Position numbers and translations under genes: made by a program. A stretch of 64,000 bases of DNA, from positions 189,348,001 to 189,412,000 of the forward strand of contig NC_042997.1 in the NCBI RefSeq assembly GCF_006345805.1. The letters run 5' to 3'. This DNA is from Octopus sinensis (Eukaryota). The notes beneath the pieces are model-generated. The model worked only from the letters and a program-made list of their open reading frames with translations, was not told where the DNA came from and ran no database searches. Shown one piece after another: positions 39,111 through 52,706 of this stretch (the stretch's first letter is position 1; each line of letters opens with the position of its first letter).

Positions 39111-40286
39111 TATATATATATATATACGAGAGTATCGAACAAGGTATTGTCGCAGGCTAAGGCCCCTCTGTAGAATAGTGTTCGAGAATATTCTGTTCTT
39201 TTTCATGTCTGATACCAAAACACTATTCAGGATGTAAATTAGGTATCCTTTGTTATTGGAGAGTTAAAAAATAGGGATCAGAATAATTCTGTATTGTCTA
39301 AACGGTAACGTTTGTGAGGGTGTTCGTTATTCCATATTCAACAGCTAACCCTTTACCTGTCCAAAGCATTTTAATAATTTTTTTTCTAAACGTCTATGCT
39401 TGTTTTCAGACTTTTAGTTAACCTCATTGTTTCGTACGTTCTGAGAAATATAAAGAATTTCTTTCGTAACTCCTGAGTTATTCTGTTAGTTGCAAGAAGT
39501 TGGGATTATGTATCATATATGATGTATATGACGCCAGGGAAATATACACTGTATATCATATGTGACACACGGAACATATGACGCCAGATAAGTATTCCTC
39601 TGTATATGTCACAGAACCTCCCTAAACTAGACACCAATATCTAAGCGTCATCTAGGCCTTATGAGATAATCTATAAAGAAAATCAGCCAATATCAATGTA
39701 AGTAATCTCCATAAACCAAGAATCCACAAACACTTCCAGTTTAGTTGAAAGACAACTCAGATTAAAGAGATTAAGTCATAAAAAGTTCACAAAGAAGCAT
39801 AACATATATGTTTTCGCATTCAAAAGATTGGAGAATTTTAAGTTTTAATAAGCTTACGCACGTCTCGGATACATTGGTATTATGTAATTTCACGATTCAT
39901 TAATCATGCTTATTAATCGATCTATATTTGATCGACTCATTCTGCAGAGATCGAGAAAGTGACATCAGCATATCCTTCTCAAACCTTCACAACACTGCTT
40001 GGAATAGAGTACAGAAAACATTTCAAGGGAATTAGATAAGCTGATTAAAAATGCACGATTCTCTATCCTGTTGTCTCTTTTTTTTCTGTACTCTCTGAGC
40101 TTATACTGAATTTATTTGCTTTACGAACTTTTTATTTACAAATTGGACTGTCAGTGGAAAGCATATTTACTGACTACGCGGATTACAATGACTTTCACTG
40201 CTCAATATTTGGTTAGTCAATTTTTATTCCTACGGAGTGCTTAAAAATATTCGCCTGGATTTTTAACCCCTTTTTTGTTTTGTGTT

Positions 40287-40293
40287 ACACACA

Positions 40294-40341
<48 letters not shown>

Positions 40342-40401
40342 CACGCACGCACGCACGCACGCACGCACGCACACGTACACAAACACACGTACACACACAC
40401 A

Positions 40402-40447
<46 letters not shown>
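40287..40447. repeat. (GCAC)n-(CA)n microsatellite
   Basis: Direct reading. Confidence 0.97.
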
Positions 40448-40449
<2 letters not shown>

Positions 40450-40465
40450 TAATATATCGTCGTGG

Positions 40466-40817
40466 CACCCGTCGGTTACGATGACGTGGATTCCAGTTGA
40501 TCTAATCAACGGAACAGCGCGCAGGTGAAATTAACGTGTAAGTAGCTCAGCACTCCACAGACACGTGTACCCTTAACGTAGTTCTCGGGGAGATTCAGCG
40601 TGACATAGTGAAATACATGTACAACAGGAACAGGAAGAAAGAGTGAGAGAAAGTTGTGGTGAAAGAGTACAGTAAGGTTCACCCCCACTACTGGAGCCTC
40701 GTGGAGCTTTAGGTGTTTTTGCTCAATAAACACTCTCAATGCCCAGTCTGGTAATCGAAACCGTAATCCCACGACCGCGAGTCCGCTGTCCTAACCACTG
40801 AGGCACTGCGCCTCCAC
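40466..40817 (-). mobile_element. SINE family C, full length
   Basis: Matches 14190-14584. Confidence 0.9.
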
Positions 40818-41299
40818 AATTACATATAAACATCAAAAAACAAATCGTACTTGTAATTGTACTTGTATTTCTTTAACTGAAGATCATTCCTGAGCAAGAA
40901 GACCCATGGTCAAATGCATTCCTTCCATGACTATCACGTCATTTTTTATTATTATTTAGACTGGTTGATATAACTTTTGGGAATGAAATGTAATGAGTTT
41001 GCTAAACCAAGAATAAAAGGAAAAAGAGATAGAACAATGGTGAGGATAGGGAAAGAAGTGAGACGAGAAAAAGAAGGAAAAAGGTTTGATGAGGTGGGAG
41101 GGCGTGAAGAGTATAGTAATTTCAGAGTAGCAGTGTGAGGGATAAAAATGAATGAATGAACGAATAAATAAATAAATGAAAAGTAACGTGACAATTGATC
41201 TGGAAAGATGGGTGCAATTTTAGTAGCCGTAGAACAAAGGAATAAGGAGGAGGAGGAGTCAAACTAAAGAATGTAAATAATAGAATAGAGTTAGAAGAG

Positions 41300-41429
41300 A
41301 GCGAGAGAGAGAGAGAGGGGGGAGAGGGAGAGAGAGGGAGTTGGAGGGAGAAAGTGAGGGGAGAGAGGTGGGTAAGAGGGACGAAGGGGGAAAATGAGAG
41401 ACAAAGAAATGGAGTAGAGTGGGGGAATG

Positions 41430-41470
<41 letters not shown>

Positions 41471-42026
41471 GAGAGAAAGAGAAAGAGGAAGAAAGTGTGA
41501 GGGAAAGAAGTGAGTGAGATTGATGGAGGGGAAGAAAGGAGAGACAAAGAAAGGGAGTAGAGTGAGGGAATGGAAAGAGATAGAAGAGAGAGAGGGAGGA
41601 AGAAAGTGAGAGGAGAGAGGTGAGTAAGAGGGATGGAGGGGAAAATGAGAGACAAAGAAATGGAGTAGAATGGGGGAATGGCGAGAGAAGAGAGAGAGAG
41701 AGAGAGAAAGAGGGAAAGAGAAAGAGGAAGAAAGTGTGAGGGAGAGAGGTGAGTAAGAGAGATGGAGGGGAAGAAAGGAGAGACAAAGAAAGGGAGTAGT
41801 GTGGGGAAATGGAGAGAGACGAGAGAGAGAGAGAAAGAGAGAAAAAGAAAGAGGAAGAAACTGAGAGAGAGAGAGAGAGAGGTAAGATGGATGGAGGGAA
41901 CGAAAGGAAAGGCAAAGAAAGGGAGTAGTGTGAGGGAATGGAAAGAGATAGGAGAGAGAGAGAGAGAGAGAGGGGTGGTAGGGGAAGGAGACGGAACAGA
42001 AACAGAAAGAAAAGAGAGAGATAGGA

Positions 42027-42065
<39 letters not shown>
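41300..42065. repeat. Purine-rich higher-order GA minisatellite (~110-140-bp units)
   Basis: GAGACAAAGAAA(T/G)GGAGTAG..GGAATGG recurs at ~41398, 41540, 41649, 41780 and 41910. Confidence 0.9.
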
Positions 42066-42839
42066 GACAAATACAGATAAAAAGAAGAGAAAGAAGAGTT
42101 ATATAGAGGAAAGGGAGAGCAGCAAGTGGAGAGTGTTAGGAAAGGAAAAACAAAAGAATACAAGGAAAAATTAATGAAAATACATATGAATATATAAAAA
42201 TACATATATATATATACCAGAGAGATCGGAGAAAGGGAAAAATAGATCGATAGGTGAACAGATAGATATAGACCGGTAGATAGATAGCTAGATAGACATA
42301 TAGATAGACCGATAGATAGACAGAATAGATACACAAATAGATAATTAAATGGGAAAATAAATCGAATGTTAGATTGAGAAATTGATGGATGGATAAAGAT
42401 GGACGGACAGATAAATAAATAAAGACAGAAAAGGTGGAAAGTGTAAGAAACAAAGGTTAAAAATATAAGAAAAAGAAAGAAAAGAAAAGAGAATGAAGAC
42501 AGATAGGAATTACGGGAGAAAGGGAGTGAGAAGGAATGGAAGTGAAAGGGAGAGAGGGAGAGACGTAAGGAGCTAATGTGTAACTAGTAAAACTGTGTCA
42601 GCTAACATTAAAGGAGACATAATGAAAAATTTTTTGCATGTTTAACATAGACGCCAGATTACAAATATTAGGCCATATTCAGTAAGATCGACTGCGATAC
42701 TTGACTAATACTAATACTAATACATACTAGATCAAGAAGGGGGAAAGGCAAATCTGATTACGGTGGGATTTGAACACAGTATGAAAAACAGACGTAGCTA
42801 AATATAAAAGCTCTGGTGGTCCCAGCTATGTAATATAAT

Positions 42840-43402
42840 AAATTGAATAAATAATAAATAAATGCGCCCTTTTAAAGCCTAGCCAGGCTCATGGGCCCGG
42901 TTTCCCCGGTTCCAATGGCGTATGTGCTCCCCAGCTGGACGGGACACCAGTCCATCGCAGCGTTACTCATTTTTGCCAGCTGAATGGACTGGAGCAACGT
43001 GAAATGAAGTGTTTTGCTCAAGAATACAACGCGTCGCCCGGTCCACGAATCGAAGCCACAATCTTACGATCATGAAGCTGGCACCCTAACCACTAAGCCA
43101 CGCGCCTCCACCAAATAAATTGAATAAATAATAAATAAACATGCCCTTTTAAAGCCTAGCCAAGCTCATGGGCCCGGTTTCCTGGTTTCAATGGCGTATG
43201 TGTTCCCCAGCTGGACGGCAACGCCAGTCTATCGCAGCGTTACTCATTTTTGCCAGCTGAGTGGACTGGAGCAACGTGAAATGAAGTGTTTTGCTCAAGA
43301 ATACAACGCGTCGCCCGGTCCACAATCGAAGCCACAATCTTACGATCATGAAGCTGGCACCCTAACCACTAAGCCACGCGCCTCCACCAAATAAATTGAA
43401 TA
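42840..43402 (-). mobile_element. Tandem dimer of SINE family D (42860-43111 and 43140-43387)
   Basis: Two near-identical copies separated and flanked by AAATTGAATAA. Confidence 0.92.
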
Positions 43403-45359
43403 ACTGAGAATATTTATGGAATTAGTGCATAGAACGCCTCCTATGTTTGCTTAAAATGTAAGTTAAAGAATTAAGGGGCTGTCTTTATTTTCTTAAATTG
43501 TTGCATAGCCCAGCCTATTGGCGCCACCTTTCTTTTATTGCTGTTTTTAGCTTTTAAACACCTCCAGCAGGAATTTTTGTTTTCTAATTATATGAATAAT
43601 CACAGTTAATCGATATTTTCAAACTCACCATATTAAATATGAGACCTTATCCATTTGCGCATTTAGTGTTCAAAACGCTCCCTCGAGGAAGTCATGTTGT
43701 AAATACAATTAGATCCGTGCTCTATCGATTCAATCATCTAGAGTTTTCTGAATGATTTTTTTATATTGACACAAGATCGCTGTTTTTGGAAGAGAGTGTA
43801 GTTGATGAGGTCAGCTTTCCTTATCGTACATATTTCATCAAAGCTCGAAGGTTGAAATCAAAGTTTTAGGATTTAAACCAGTAATGAGAAAACTGCGACT
43901 CATACGAGTTTCTGAAAAGCATGCTCAAGGAAAAATTACCTTGAATTTTATAAGTAATGTAGTCGCCTGATGATGTGTTTCATTTAGCTTGCTTCTCGAA
44001 AATGGTTGCCCATGCCTGATTAAAAATTTTTTACAATAGGACAAAATTTATCATGTTTACTCTCAACTGAAGCAAGGCCCTATAACCTCACTACCTCCTC
44101 CTGGTCCAATAAAAAAACACAAAAAAACCCCAAATAAATGTGTATAAAAAGATACTCCTAGATCTCTCAATTTATTGTGTGCGAAGCCAATCCAACACAA
44201 GGGCCATGTATTAGAAGCCCCATAAACTGAATATGTAAAGAAGTGTGCATGAAAACAGCAGAAGGAAAGAAAAGGAGAGAGAGAAAGCGAGAGAGAGAAT
44301 GAAAGAGAGAGACACAGAGAGAGAAAGATAGAGAGAAACTATATATGAATAATTTTTGCTTCATGTTCCAGTAGAGAGACAGTCACCAAGGGCCAATTAA
44401 TCCGACTATATATAGTAAGTGTTCCTTCCCTCTTTCACATCACGGCTTGCGATCGTACATTGAGAGTAGAACTATTCAACCAAGCTATGCATGTTACTCG
44501 TTTTCAGTAAATTTACTCTCTATCCTTATTTGCCCCTCAATCTGGTAACGACTACTAGATAAAGGAAAACTATCTACCCTTCGTTGTCAAATAAAAGCGG
44601 CTGTGATCCAAAATAAACTCCACAAGTCAGCCATGTTCGGACAATGATCGAATACGCGCAGAACAATTTCATTGCTTTTCGTGTATTTTGTATTCAAATT
44701 CGTACAAATATGTTTAACAAGATTAAATCAATACAACACTTGTAAAGGGAATTACAAATATTCCGTATCAGACGACAATCTCTTTAATCACTCTCTATGT
44801 GTGGAATAGTTGCATTCAAATCATATGTAGGTTTTCCCAGTGCAAATTGCGGAAAGAACAGGAAAGGTGAGTTCGGTCAATAAGAAATGAGGTTATAAAT
44901 TGTATTTGTCACACAGTCAAAAATCCCTACTAACAAGGGATTTTGGAATTTTTAATACAACTATAGCTTCATTATATAAACATGACCATATAGTAAGGGT
45001 ATAAAAAATATTCTCTTAACTGTATTCAGCGAATTTTCTTTGTTCGTATCTCATGCTATATTTTATATCGGTGACAAAGTTAATATCAATGACAATAATG
45101 ATTTCATAAGATAAGCAGAAGGCCAAGCTTCTTTTGTAGAAGGATAGAGTCCATTTAATCGTACCTAATAAATACTTTATTGATCCAAGAGAAAAAAAAG
45201 ACAAAGTTGATCTAAGTAAAATTTCATCTTAGAGAGTTGAGCCCAACTAGATATCAATTAGCGTTTTGTCCATGTCCCTAACAAGTCAATCACATTGTCA
45301 TCGTTGTCATTGCTATATTTGTCCAAAGAGCAAACATATGTATGTATGCAAGAGTATAT

Positions 45360-45382
45360 ATAATAATAATAATAATAATAAT

Positions 45383-45438
<56 letters not shown>

Positions 45439-45455
45439 TAATAATAATGATAATA
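45360..45455. repeat. (TAA)n microsatellite
   Basis: Direct reading. Confidence 0.97.
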
Positions 45456-45539
45456 GGAAGTATAACTCCAAACTTACAGGGAAAAATTCAATTTAGTATT
45501 AAATCAAATTTCACAATATAAATATATATAAAATATAAA

Positions 45540-45790
45540 TTAGAAATAAAACCACTATTAGGCAATCCAAACAATGATAGACATAAACCAAAACATAAAT
45601 AACAAATAAAATATATTTTTATAAAACATTTAACTTATAACTAGATCACAAAAAGTATAAAAATGAATAATCAATATATAATAAGTATGTGATCTAGTTA
45701 TATATTTTATAAAAATATATTTTATTTGTTATTCATGTTTTGGTTTATGTCTATCATTGTTTGAATTGCATAATAGTGGTTTTATCTCTA
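45540..45790. repeat. Fold-back inverted repeat
   Basis: AAACCACTATTA..AAACAATGATAGACATAAACCAAAACAT versus ATGTTTTGGTTTATGTCTATCATTGTTT..TAATAGTGGTTT. Confidence 0.85.
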
Positions 45791-45793
45791 ATA

Positions 45794-46039
<246 letters not shown>

Positions 46040-46284
46040 TATAATATTTTACTATAAAATTGGTTTTAATCCTAAATCTGATTTTTTCCCTGTAATTTTG
46101 GATTTATTCCCTAATATTTATTATTATATATATATATATATATATATAGGCGAGGAAAAATTATAAAAAGGCAGAATGCTAAACTGAAGGTAAATCTTAA
46201 CAAAAATGGGTGTATGGAAAATTTTAAGAAATGTTACTAAAATATTAACTCTAACCGGTTTTTTTAAATATATATATATGCCTC

Positions 46285-46484
46285 TGTACGCATTTTTTTC
46301 TCTCCTTCTTTCTGTGTATCTTTCTGTTGAAGAGCGTATGCTCGAAACGTTAAAGACTTGTTTTATTTATATTTCCTGAGCGCCATACTAATACAATTGT
46401 TTGTTTGTATTCCACCTGCCTTCGTCTTTTGTTTATTTCCGTAAACCTGCCTTCGTCTTTTGTTTATTTTCATAAAGCTTCCCG

Positions 46485-46486
<2 letters not shown>
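46285..46486 (+). mobile_element. PLE-derived short element with hammerhead-like motif (46320-46355)
   Basis: CTTT-CTGTTGA-A-GAGC-GTAT-GCTC-GAAACGTT-AAAG; between (TA)n tracts. Confidence 0.75.
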
Positions 46487-46560
<74 letters not shown>

Positions 46561-46569
46561 CATATATAT

Positions 46570-46654
46570 ATGTATGTATGTATGTATAATACATATATAT
46601 ACATACATATATCTACATATAAATATATAAATTAATTTTGCGTATCTCTATCTT

Positions 46655-46687
<33 letters not shown>

Positions 46688-46800
46688 TATATATATAGAG
46701 AGAGAGAGAGAGAGAAAGAGAGAGATACGCAAAATTAATTTATATATTTATTTGTAGATATATGTATGTATATATATGTATTATACATACATACATACAT
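46570..46800. repeat. Palindrome centred on a (TA)n tract at ~46685
   Basis: ATCTACATATAAATATATAAATTAATTTTGCGTATCTC(TC)n versus (GA)nGATACGCAAAATTAATTTATATATTTATTTGTAGAT. Confidence 0.9.
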
Positions 46801-46929
46801 ACATACATACATACATTCGTACATGCATACATGCATACATACATGCATGCGTACATATATGCATACATACATTCATAGGTGTAAAGATGGAGATTTCGCT
46901 GTTATTTTGAGTACGTTGAATAGATTTAT

Positions 46930-47608
46930 GTGTGTGAGCGTCTTTGTGGTTGTTTATTCTCCGCCACTGCCTGACAACTAGTTTTGGTGTATTTACGTCC
47001 CCATAACATTAGCGGTTCGTCAAAAAGAGAACGATAAAGTACCAGCCTTTAAAAAAAAATTAAGCACTGGGGTAAGTTTGTTTGACTAAAACCTTCAAGA
47101 CCCCAGCATGGCCAAAGTCTAATGTAAATAAGTAAAAGAGTAAAAGAATAAAAGAATTAGGAATAGAGATTGATATATGCATATAGGTTCAGGTGTGGCT
47201 GTGTGGTAAGTAGCTTGCTTGCCAGCCACATGGTTCCGGGTTCAGTCCCACTGCGTGGCACTTTGGGCAAGTATCTTCTATAGCCTCGGGCCGACCAAAG
47301 CCTTGTGAGTGGATTTGGTAGACGGAAACTGAAAGAAGCCCATCGTATATATGTATTTATGTATATGTACATATATATGTGTGTGTGTTTGTGTGTCTGT
47401 TTGTTCTCCCCCACCAACATCGCTTGACAACCGATGCTGGTGTGTTTACGTCCCCGTAACTGAGCGGTTCGGCAAAAGAGACCGATAGAATAAGTACTAG
47501 GCTTACAAAGAATGAGTCCTGGGATCGATTAGCTCGACTAAAGGCGATGCTCCAGCATGGCCGCAGTCAAATGACTGAAACAAGTAAAAGATTAAAAGAG
47601 AAAAGAGT
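46930..47608 (+). mobile_element. SINE family A: 3' half (46930-47155) followed by a full copy (47185-47608)
   Basis: Family A modules and tails. Confidence 0.88.
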
Positions 47609-48154
47609 ATGTAAGAACCAACTTCGTCACTAACGAATAAAACATTGGTCTTTTGCCAAGATATAAAAAAAAAACGTTAAAAAATTATGAAAAAATATAA
47701 AGAAAAGGCTATTACAGAAAGGAGCTTGGCAGTACATTAGACTCAACAATTTTGAATATTTAATTTTCATCTCATTATTCTTCATGTAAATCTTCTGGGA
47801 CTGAGCTGAATTTGCTTGTCTTTTATTCCTTTGAGAGCCAAAGTCATTGGTTCCAGTGATATGCTAAGGTTAACCTAATCAGCTAAAATCACTCTAACAC
47901 AAATTGCTTTGTACCTTAGCAAAAAATATACAAATTCTTATTGATCAGATTACACGTCAAATTAAAAATATTACAAGAAACAGTAGTATCTTTCTCATCC
48001 TTATATGCATGGAACTCATTGAGGATTTTGTCATTGTTTTTTATCGAATGATTTGGAGTTGTGAAATTAACTACCGGTCCAAAGAAAACCAAGGGAAGAT
48101 ATTAACCTTCATACAACAAATGGCCAAGCGATCTATGAAGAAACTATCATTATT

Positions 48155-48735
48155 GCGAGCTGGCAGAATCGTTAGCACGCCTGGTGAAAAGCTTAGCGGT
48201 ATTTCGTCTGCCGCTACGTTCTGAGTTCAAATTCCGTCGAGGTCGACTTTGCCTTTCATCCTTTCGGGGTCGATTAAATAAGTACCAGTTACGCACTGGG
48301 GTCGATGTAATCGACTTAATCCGTGTGTCTGTCCTTGTTTGTCCCCTCTGTGTTTAGCCCTTTGTGGGTAGTTAAGAAATAGGTATTTCGTCCGCCTTTA
48401 CGTTCTGAGTTCAAATTCTGCCGAGGTTGATTTGCATTTCATTCTTTCGGGGTCGATTAAATAAGTACCAGTTACGCACTGGGGTCGATATAATCGACTT
48501 AATCCGTTTGTCTGTCCTTGTTTGTCCCCTCTGTGTTTAGCTCCTTGTGGGTAGTAAAGAAATAGGTATTTCGGCCGTCTTTACGTTCTGAGTTCAAATT
48601 CTGCCGAGGTTGATTTTGCATTTCATCCTTTCGGGGGTCGATGAAATAAGTACCGGTTGAAGACTGGGGTCGATGTAATCGACTACCCTGTCCCCCAAAT
48701 TTTAAGCTTTGTGCCTTTAGTAGAAATGATTATTA
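48155..48735 (+). mobile_element. SINE family B trimer (one full head, two 5'-truncated units)
   Basis: Junctions read AAGAAATAGGTATTTCG at ~48375 and ~48557. Confidence 0.92.
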
Positions 48736-48865
48736 TGAAAATGTTTTACGTTGGTGGTTTCATGCGAGTTTCTGCTGCACTTCCCTGTGCACTTCCATAT
48801 TCCTAATATGTGTGCGGTATTGTTGTTGATGTAAATTGCTGGCCTTTTGACTAAATGAGAAAACA

Positions 48866-49655
48866 TTATTATTATTGTTGTTGTTGTTGCTTTTGCAAAG
48901 CTTCTAATGCTGGAGATGTACTACAGTGTCAGCTGTTCACTAGCAGTGAACCTCTTATTTTTCGAGCACCTTCGAGCGGTTCCAAGCAGTGCTGTTTTCT
49001 GCAAGTGCTTCACCATTTGTTCCCCGTACTTCTCGAGATTTTTGCTCACTGTTCCCAGGGCTTCGTCGATTATTGATACTACTGCCACCTTTTTCTTCGA
49101 CCACAACTGCTTAACTTCCCAAGCTAACCTGTCATATCTCTCGACTTTTCTTTCTTCCTTATCGCATACCTTGTTGTCAGCTGGGCGTGCTATGTCTCTG
49201 ATCCAGCATAGTTTGTTTTCTTTCTCAATTAAGACAATGTCCGGCTTCTTATTCTCTATCTCATGGTCACACTGAATCATAAAATCCCATAGGATCTTTG
49301 CATTTCTATTTTCGACAATGCCTTCAGGTTTGTGGTCGTACCAATTTTTTGTTCTGTCAAGTCCATACTAGTTGCAAAGTGTCCAATGGACAAGCGTAGC
49401 TATATTGTCGTGGCGTCTCTTATATTCCTTCTGGGCTAGTGGCGTACATTGGCTGGTAATATGCCATAAGGTTTCACCGTTTTGTCCACAGATTCGGCAC
49501 TTATCACTTTCTGATGTGTTGTCTATTCTGTATTTTATGTAGTTTGTTCTTAGTCCTTGCTCTTAGGCAGCACAGATTAGAGCCTCCGTTTCCGGTTTAA
49601 AATCACTTTTAGTTATCCGCAGCCATGTTTTCCCTCTGTCTGTCTTATCTTCAAA
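48866..49655 (-). mobile_element. R4/Dong-clade LINE 3' fragment
   Basis: ETEALICAA..CRICGQNGETLWHITSQC..RRHDNIA..WDFMIQCDHEIENKKPDIV..HLQKTALLGTARR. Confidence 0.9.
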
Positions 49656-50334
49656 ATAAGTCCATAAGTCTTTCTGTGCAATCCTGTGTAAATCCATGTG
49701 GGTTAAAGTCCTGATATTGTAATTATCCAGAAAAAAGACGCGAATATATCAATGTTCAATAACAGAATGGTAGCGGAGGTGTTAAAAAGAAAGAAAAATA
49801 AATAGAGAGGTAGACAGATTGAGGGGGAAGTTAAGGATTAGCGGTAAGGATAAAATAAGGTATATAAATATATAGTGTCTAAGAATATAGTATACAAAGA
49901 TAGACAAGGAGATAAGAGAGAAGGAAGAGGTAGAGGAAGATAACGTAAAAAAATAAACAAAATAGAGCTAAATGAAAGGAATTCAAAGAGAATATTAAGT
50001 GCTAGTCTGTAGGGGTTGGGGAGGAAATCTAGTAGTAAATAATTGTATCCATTCTGGCTAAGGTCAGTGGCTGCAGAGTTAATTTTAGCAATGGGGTTAT
50101 GGATGTGTAGGTAGTCGTGAATGGAAAAACTAGTTGAACGTTAAATTATTTAGGAGTTAGAATTAGATATTAGGGGATTTATTAGGTTAAGGTTTAAAAA
50201 TAAATTAAAGAAGGATTATTTATCTTATAAAGTATTGATAGAAGAGATATAGAAGGACATGTGTTAATGATCATGGAGATTTATATGTGGGTGTTATTCG
50301 TGGAAGTGAACTTACATTTAGATTTATGAAAGAA

Positions 50335-50560
50335 TTTAAAAGTGCGGAAGAATTTAAGTTTACATGTTGAAAAGTCTTCGTTGTGTTTATTAGGCAATTG
50401 TAGTGAATTATGGGTTAAAATTTCGAGGGCTCCTTTTAAGCAGAGTCCACAAATGGAGTGCTGGCCCTGATATGAGATACCAGAGTCTATTATAGCCCAA
50501 GAAAGTCTATATTATATTTTTCTATTAATCAGATGGTGCACGTGGCTGGCTAGTGATGTG
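50335..50560 (-). pseudogene. Penelope-like element GIY-YIG endonuclease C-terminal remnant
   Basis: TSLASHVHHLINRKI*YRLSWAII..Y..SICGLCLKGALEIL..LPNKHNEDFSTCK resembles the PLE C-terminus (LS-H-W..C-LC-E..LNK-E..C). Confidence 0.7.
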
Positions 50561-50562
50561 TT

Positions 50563-50617
<55 letters not shown>

Positions 50618-50618
50618 G

Positions 50619-50647
50619 CTAGCAGAAATACCCAGCGCTGCTTGGGT
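50619..50647 (-). mobile_element. Helitron 3' end remnant
   Basis: Reverse complement CCCAAGCAGCGCTGGG hairpin followed by TATTTCTGCTAG. Confidence 0.55.
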
Positions 50648-50649
50648 TC

Positions 50650-51054
50650 TTTTTTATTGTTTTAATTGTTTCGGTCATGTGAGTGCGGTCATGCTGGAGC
50701 ACTGATTTTAGTTGAAAAAAATCAACCCCAGGACTTATTCTTTGTAAGCCTACTACTTATTCTATCGGTGTGTTTTGTGAAACGGATAAGTTACAGGGAC
50801 GTAAACACAGCAACATCGGTTGTCAAGCGATGGTGGGAATACAGACACACACACACACGCATACACACACACACACATATATATGCATATATATATATAC
50901 ATACGTTTATATATATATATATACGCATGTATATATGTGTATATCTACGTATATATATATATATGCATATATATAACTATATATATATATCCATATATAT
51001 ATACATGCATATATAATATATATATAACATGCATATATATATACATATATATAT

Positions 51055-51085
<31 letters not shown>

Positions 51086-51106
51086 ATATATATATACATA
51101 TATATA

Positions 51107-51156
<50 letters not shown>

Positions 51157-51245
51157 ATATATATATATATATATACATATACGCGCGCACACACACACAC
51201 ACACATACATGTATACATATATATATACACACACACATATATATA

Positions 51246-51276
<31 letters not shown>

Positions 51277-51340
51277 TTATATATATATATATATGTGTGT
51301 ATACTTATATATATATATATGCATAACACACAGACACACT
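50650..51340 (-). mobile_element. SINE family A 3' half followed by an expanded (TA)/(CA) tract
   Basis: GCGGTCATGCTGGAGCAC..CCCCAGGACTTATTCTTTGTAAGCC..GTTGTCAAGCGATG. Confidence 0.8.
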
Positions 51341-51643
51341 CACATACCCACATACAACACACGTATTTCTCACATATATACAAACGAACATTCCAATGAT
51401 TACGAAGCGCTTTCAATAATCAACAACGTGACTATCAGAGCCACGATTGAATTTCTCTTGCTGCAGTAATACTCATTCATGCGTAAGACTGAAGACTAAA
51501 CAAATAATAAAGATATAAATACAACACTCCGCAGTAGCGTTTCATAAGAAACAGTAATTTCACATACATTTAAATTACATTTGCAATTATTGAAGAAGGA
51601 ATGCTACAGTTTTCACATCTCTCTCTCTCTATCTATCTGCCTA

Positions 51644-51734
<91 letters not shown>

Positions 51735-52045
51735 GCTTTGCGGGAAGGACTGTTTCATAAAGTCGTGTCTTGTCCTTACCTTCGTAACGTGGAGTAGATG
51801 AAACAGGGACAACTGATGAAGGAGAATATTCTTTATGTTGCATGTCTCGTTTCTCTGTTTTTTTCGTTGTTCGACAAAAAAGTTCGTTTTCTATGTTTTT
51901 GTTTTTATGTTTTCGTTTCTCATTGTGTTCAACGTTTTTTTATGTCCTGTACCTATGTATGCATGTATATATACATATATATGTAGGTATGTACTTATAT
52001 GTATGTATATATGCATATATTTATATATTATTTATATTAATATAT
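51735..52045 (+). mobile_element. Repeat element, copy of 26770-27080, inserted in (TATC)n
   Basis: Direct alignment by eye. Confidence 0.8.
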
Positions 52046-52079
52046 GATCGAACGCCACGCATCCTTTTCCAAGTAAGTT

Positions 52080-52172
<93 letters not shown>

Positions 52173-52468
52173 ATTTATCTATGTATCTAACTATTGATAT
52201 CATGAGTGTATTTATGTTCAGTTTATATAAAAGCAATTCAAAATGAAGCTGAAGTATCACCCAATACTTTTTGGTAGAATATATAGTTACTAATTTTTTT
52301 ATACATGGAAAAATGCTCATAAAGACTTCGAAGTTTCATTTTACCAGCATCAGCCTTCTATGCTGACAATTGGATGACGACTGGTATATATATATATATA
52401 TAATATATATATATATATATACATATGTATATATATGTGTGTGTATGTATATATGTATGAATATACAT

Positions 52469-52514
<46 letters not shown>

Positions 52515-52526
52515 TATATATATATC

Positions 52527-52706
52527 ACTAGCCACTACGCATTCTTTATTTTCTCTCTTTGTTTCTTTCTGTGTTCCTTTCTGTGGAAGAGCGTAGGCTC
52601 GAATCGTTAAAGGCTTTTTCACTTCCTGAGCGTTACACTAAAACATCTGTTTGTTGCCTACACCACCTGCCCTAGTCTCTTGTCTTTTTTTGTTAATTCT
52701 CCCCCT
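52527..52706 (+). mobile_element. PLE-derived short element with hammerhead-like motif (52577-52612)
   Basis: CTTT-CTGTGGA-A-GAGC-GTAG-GCTC-GAATCGTT-AAAG; near-identical to 30447-30628. Confidence 0.75.
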
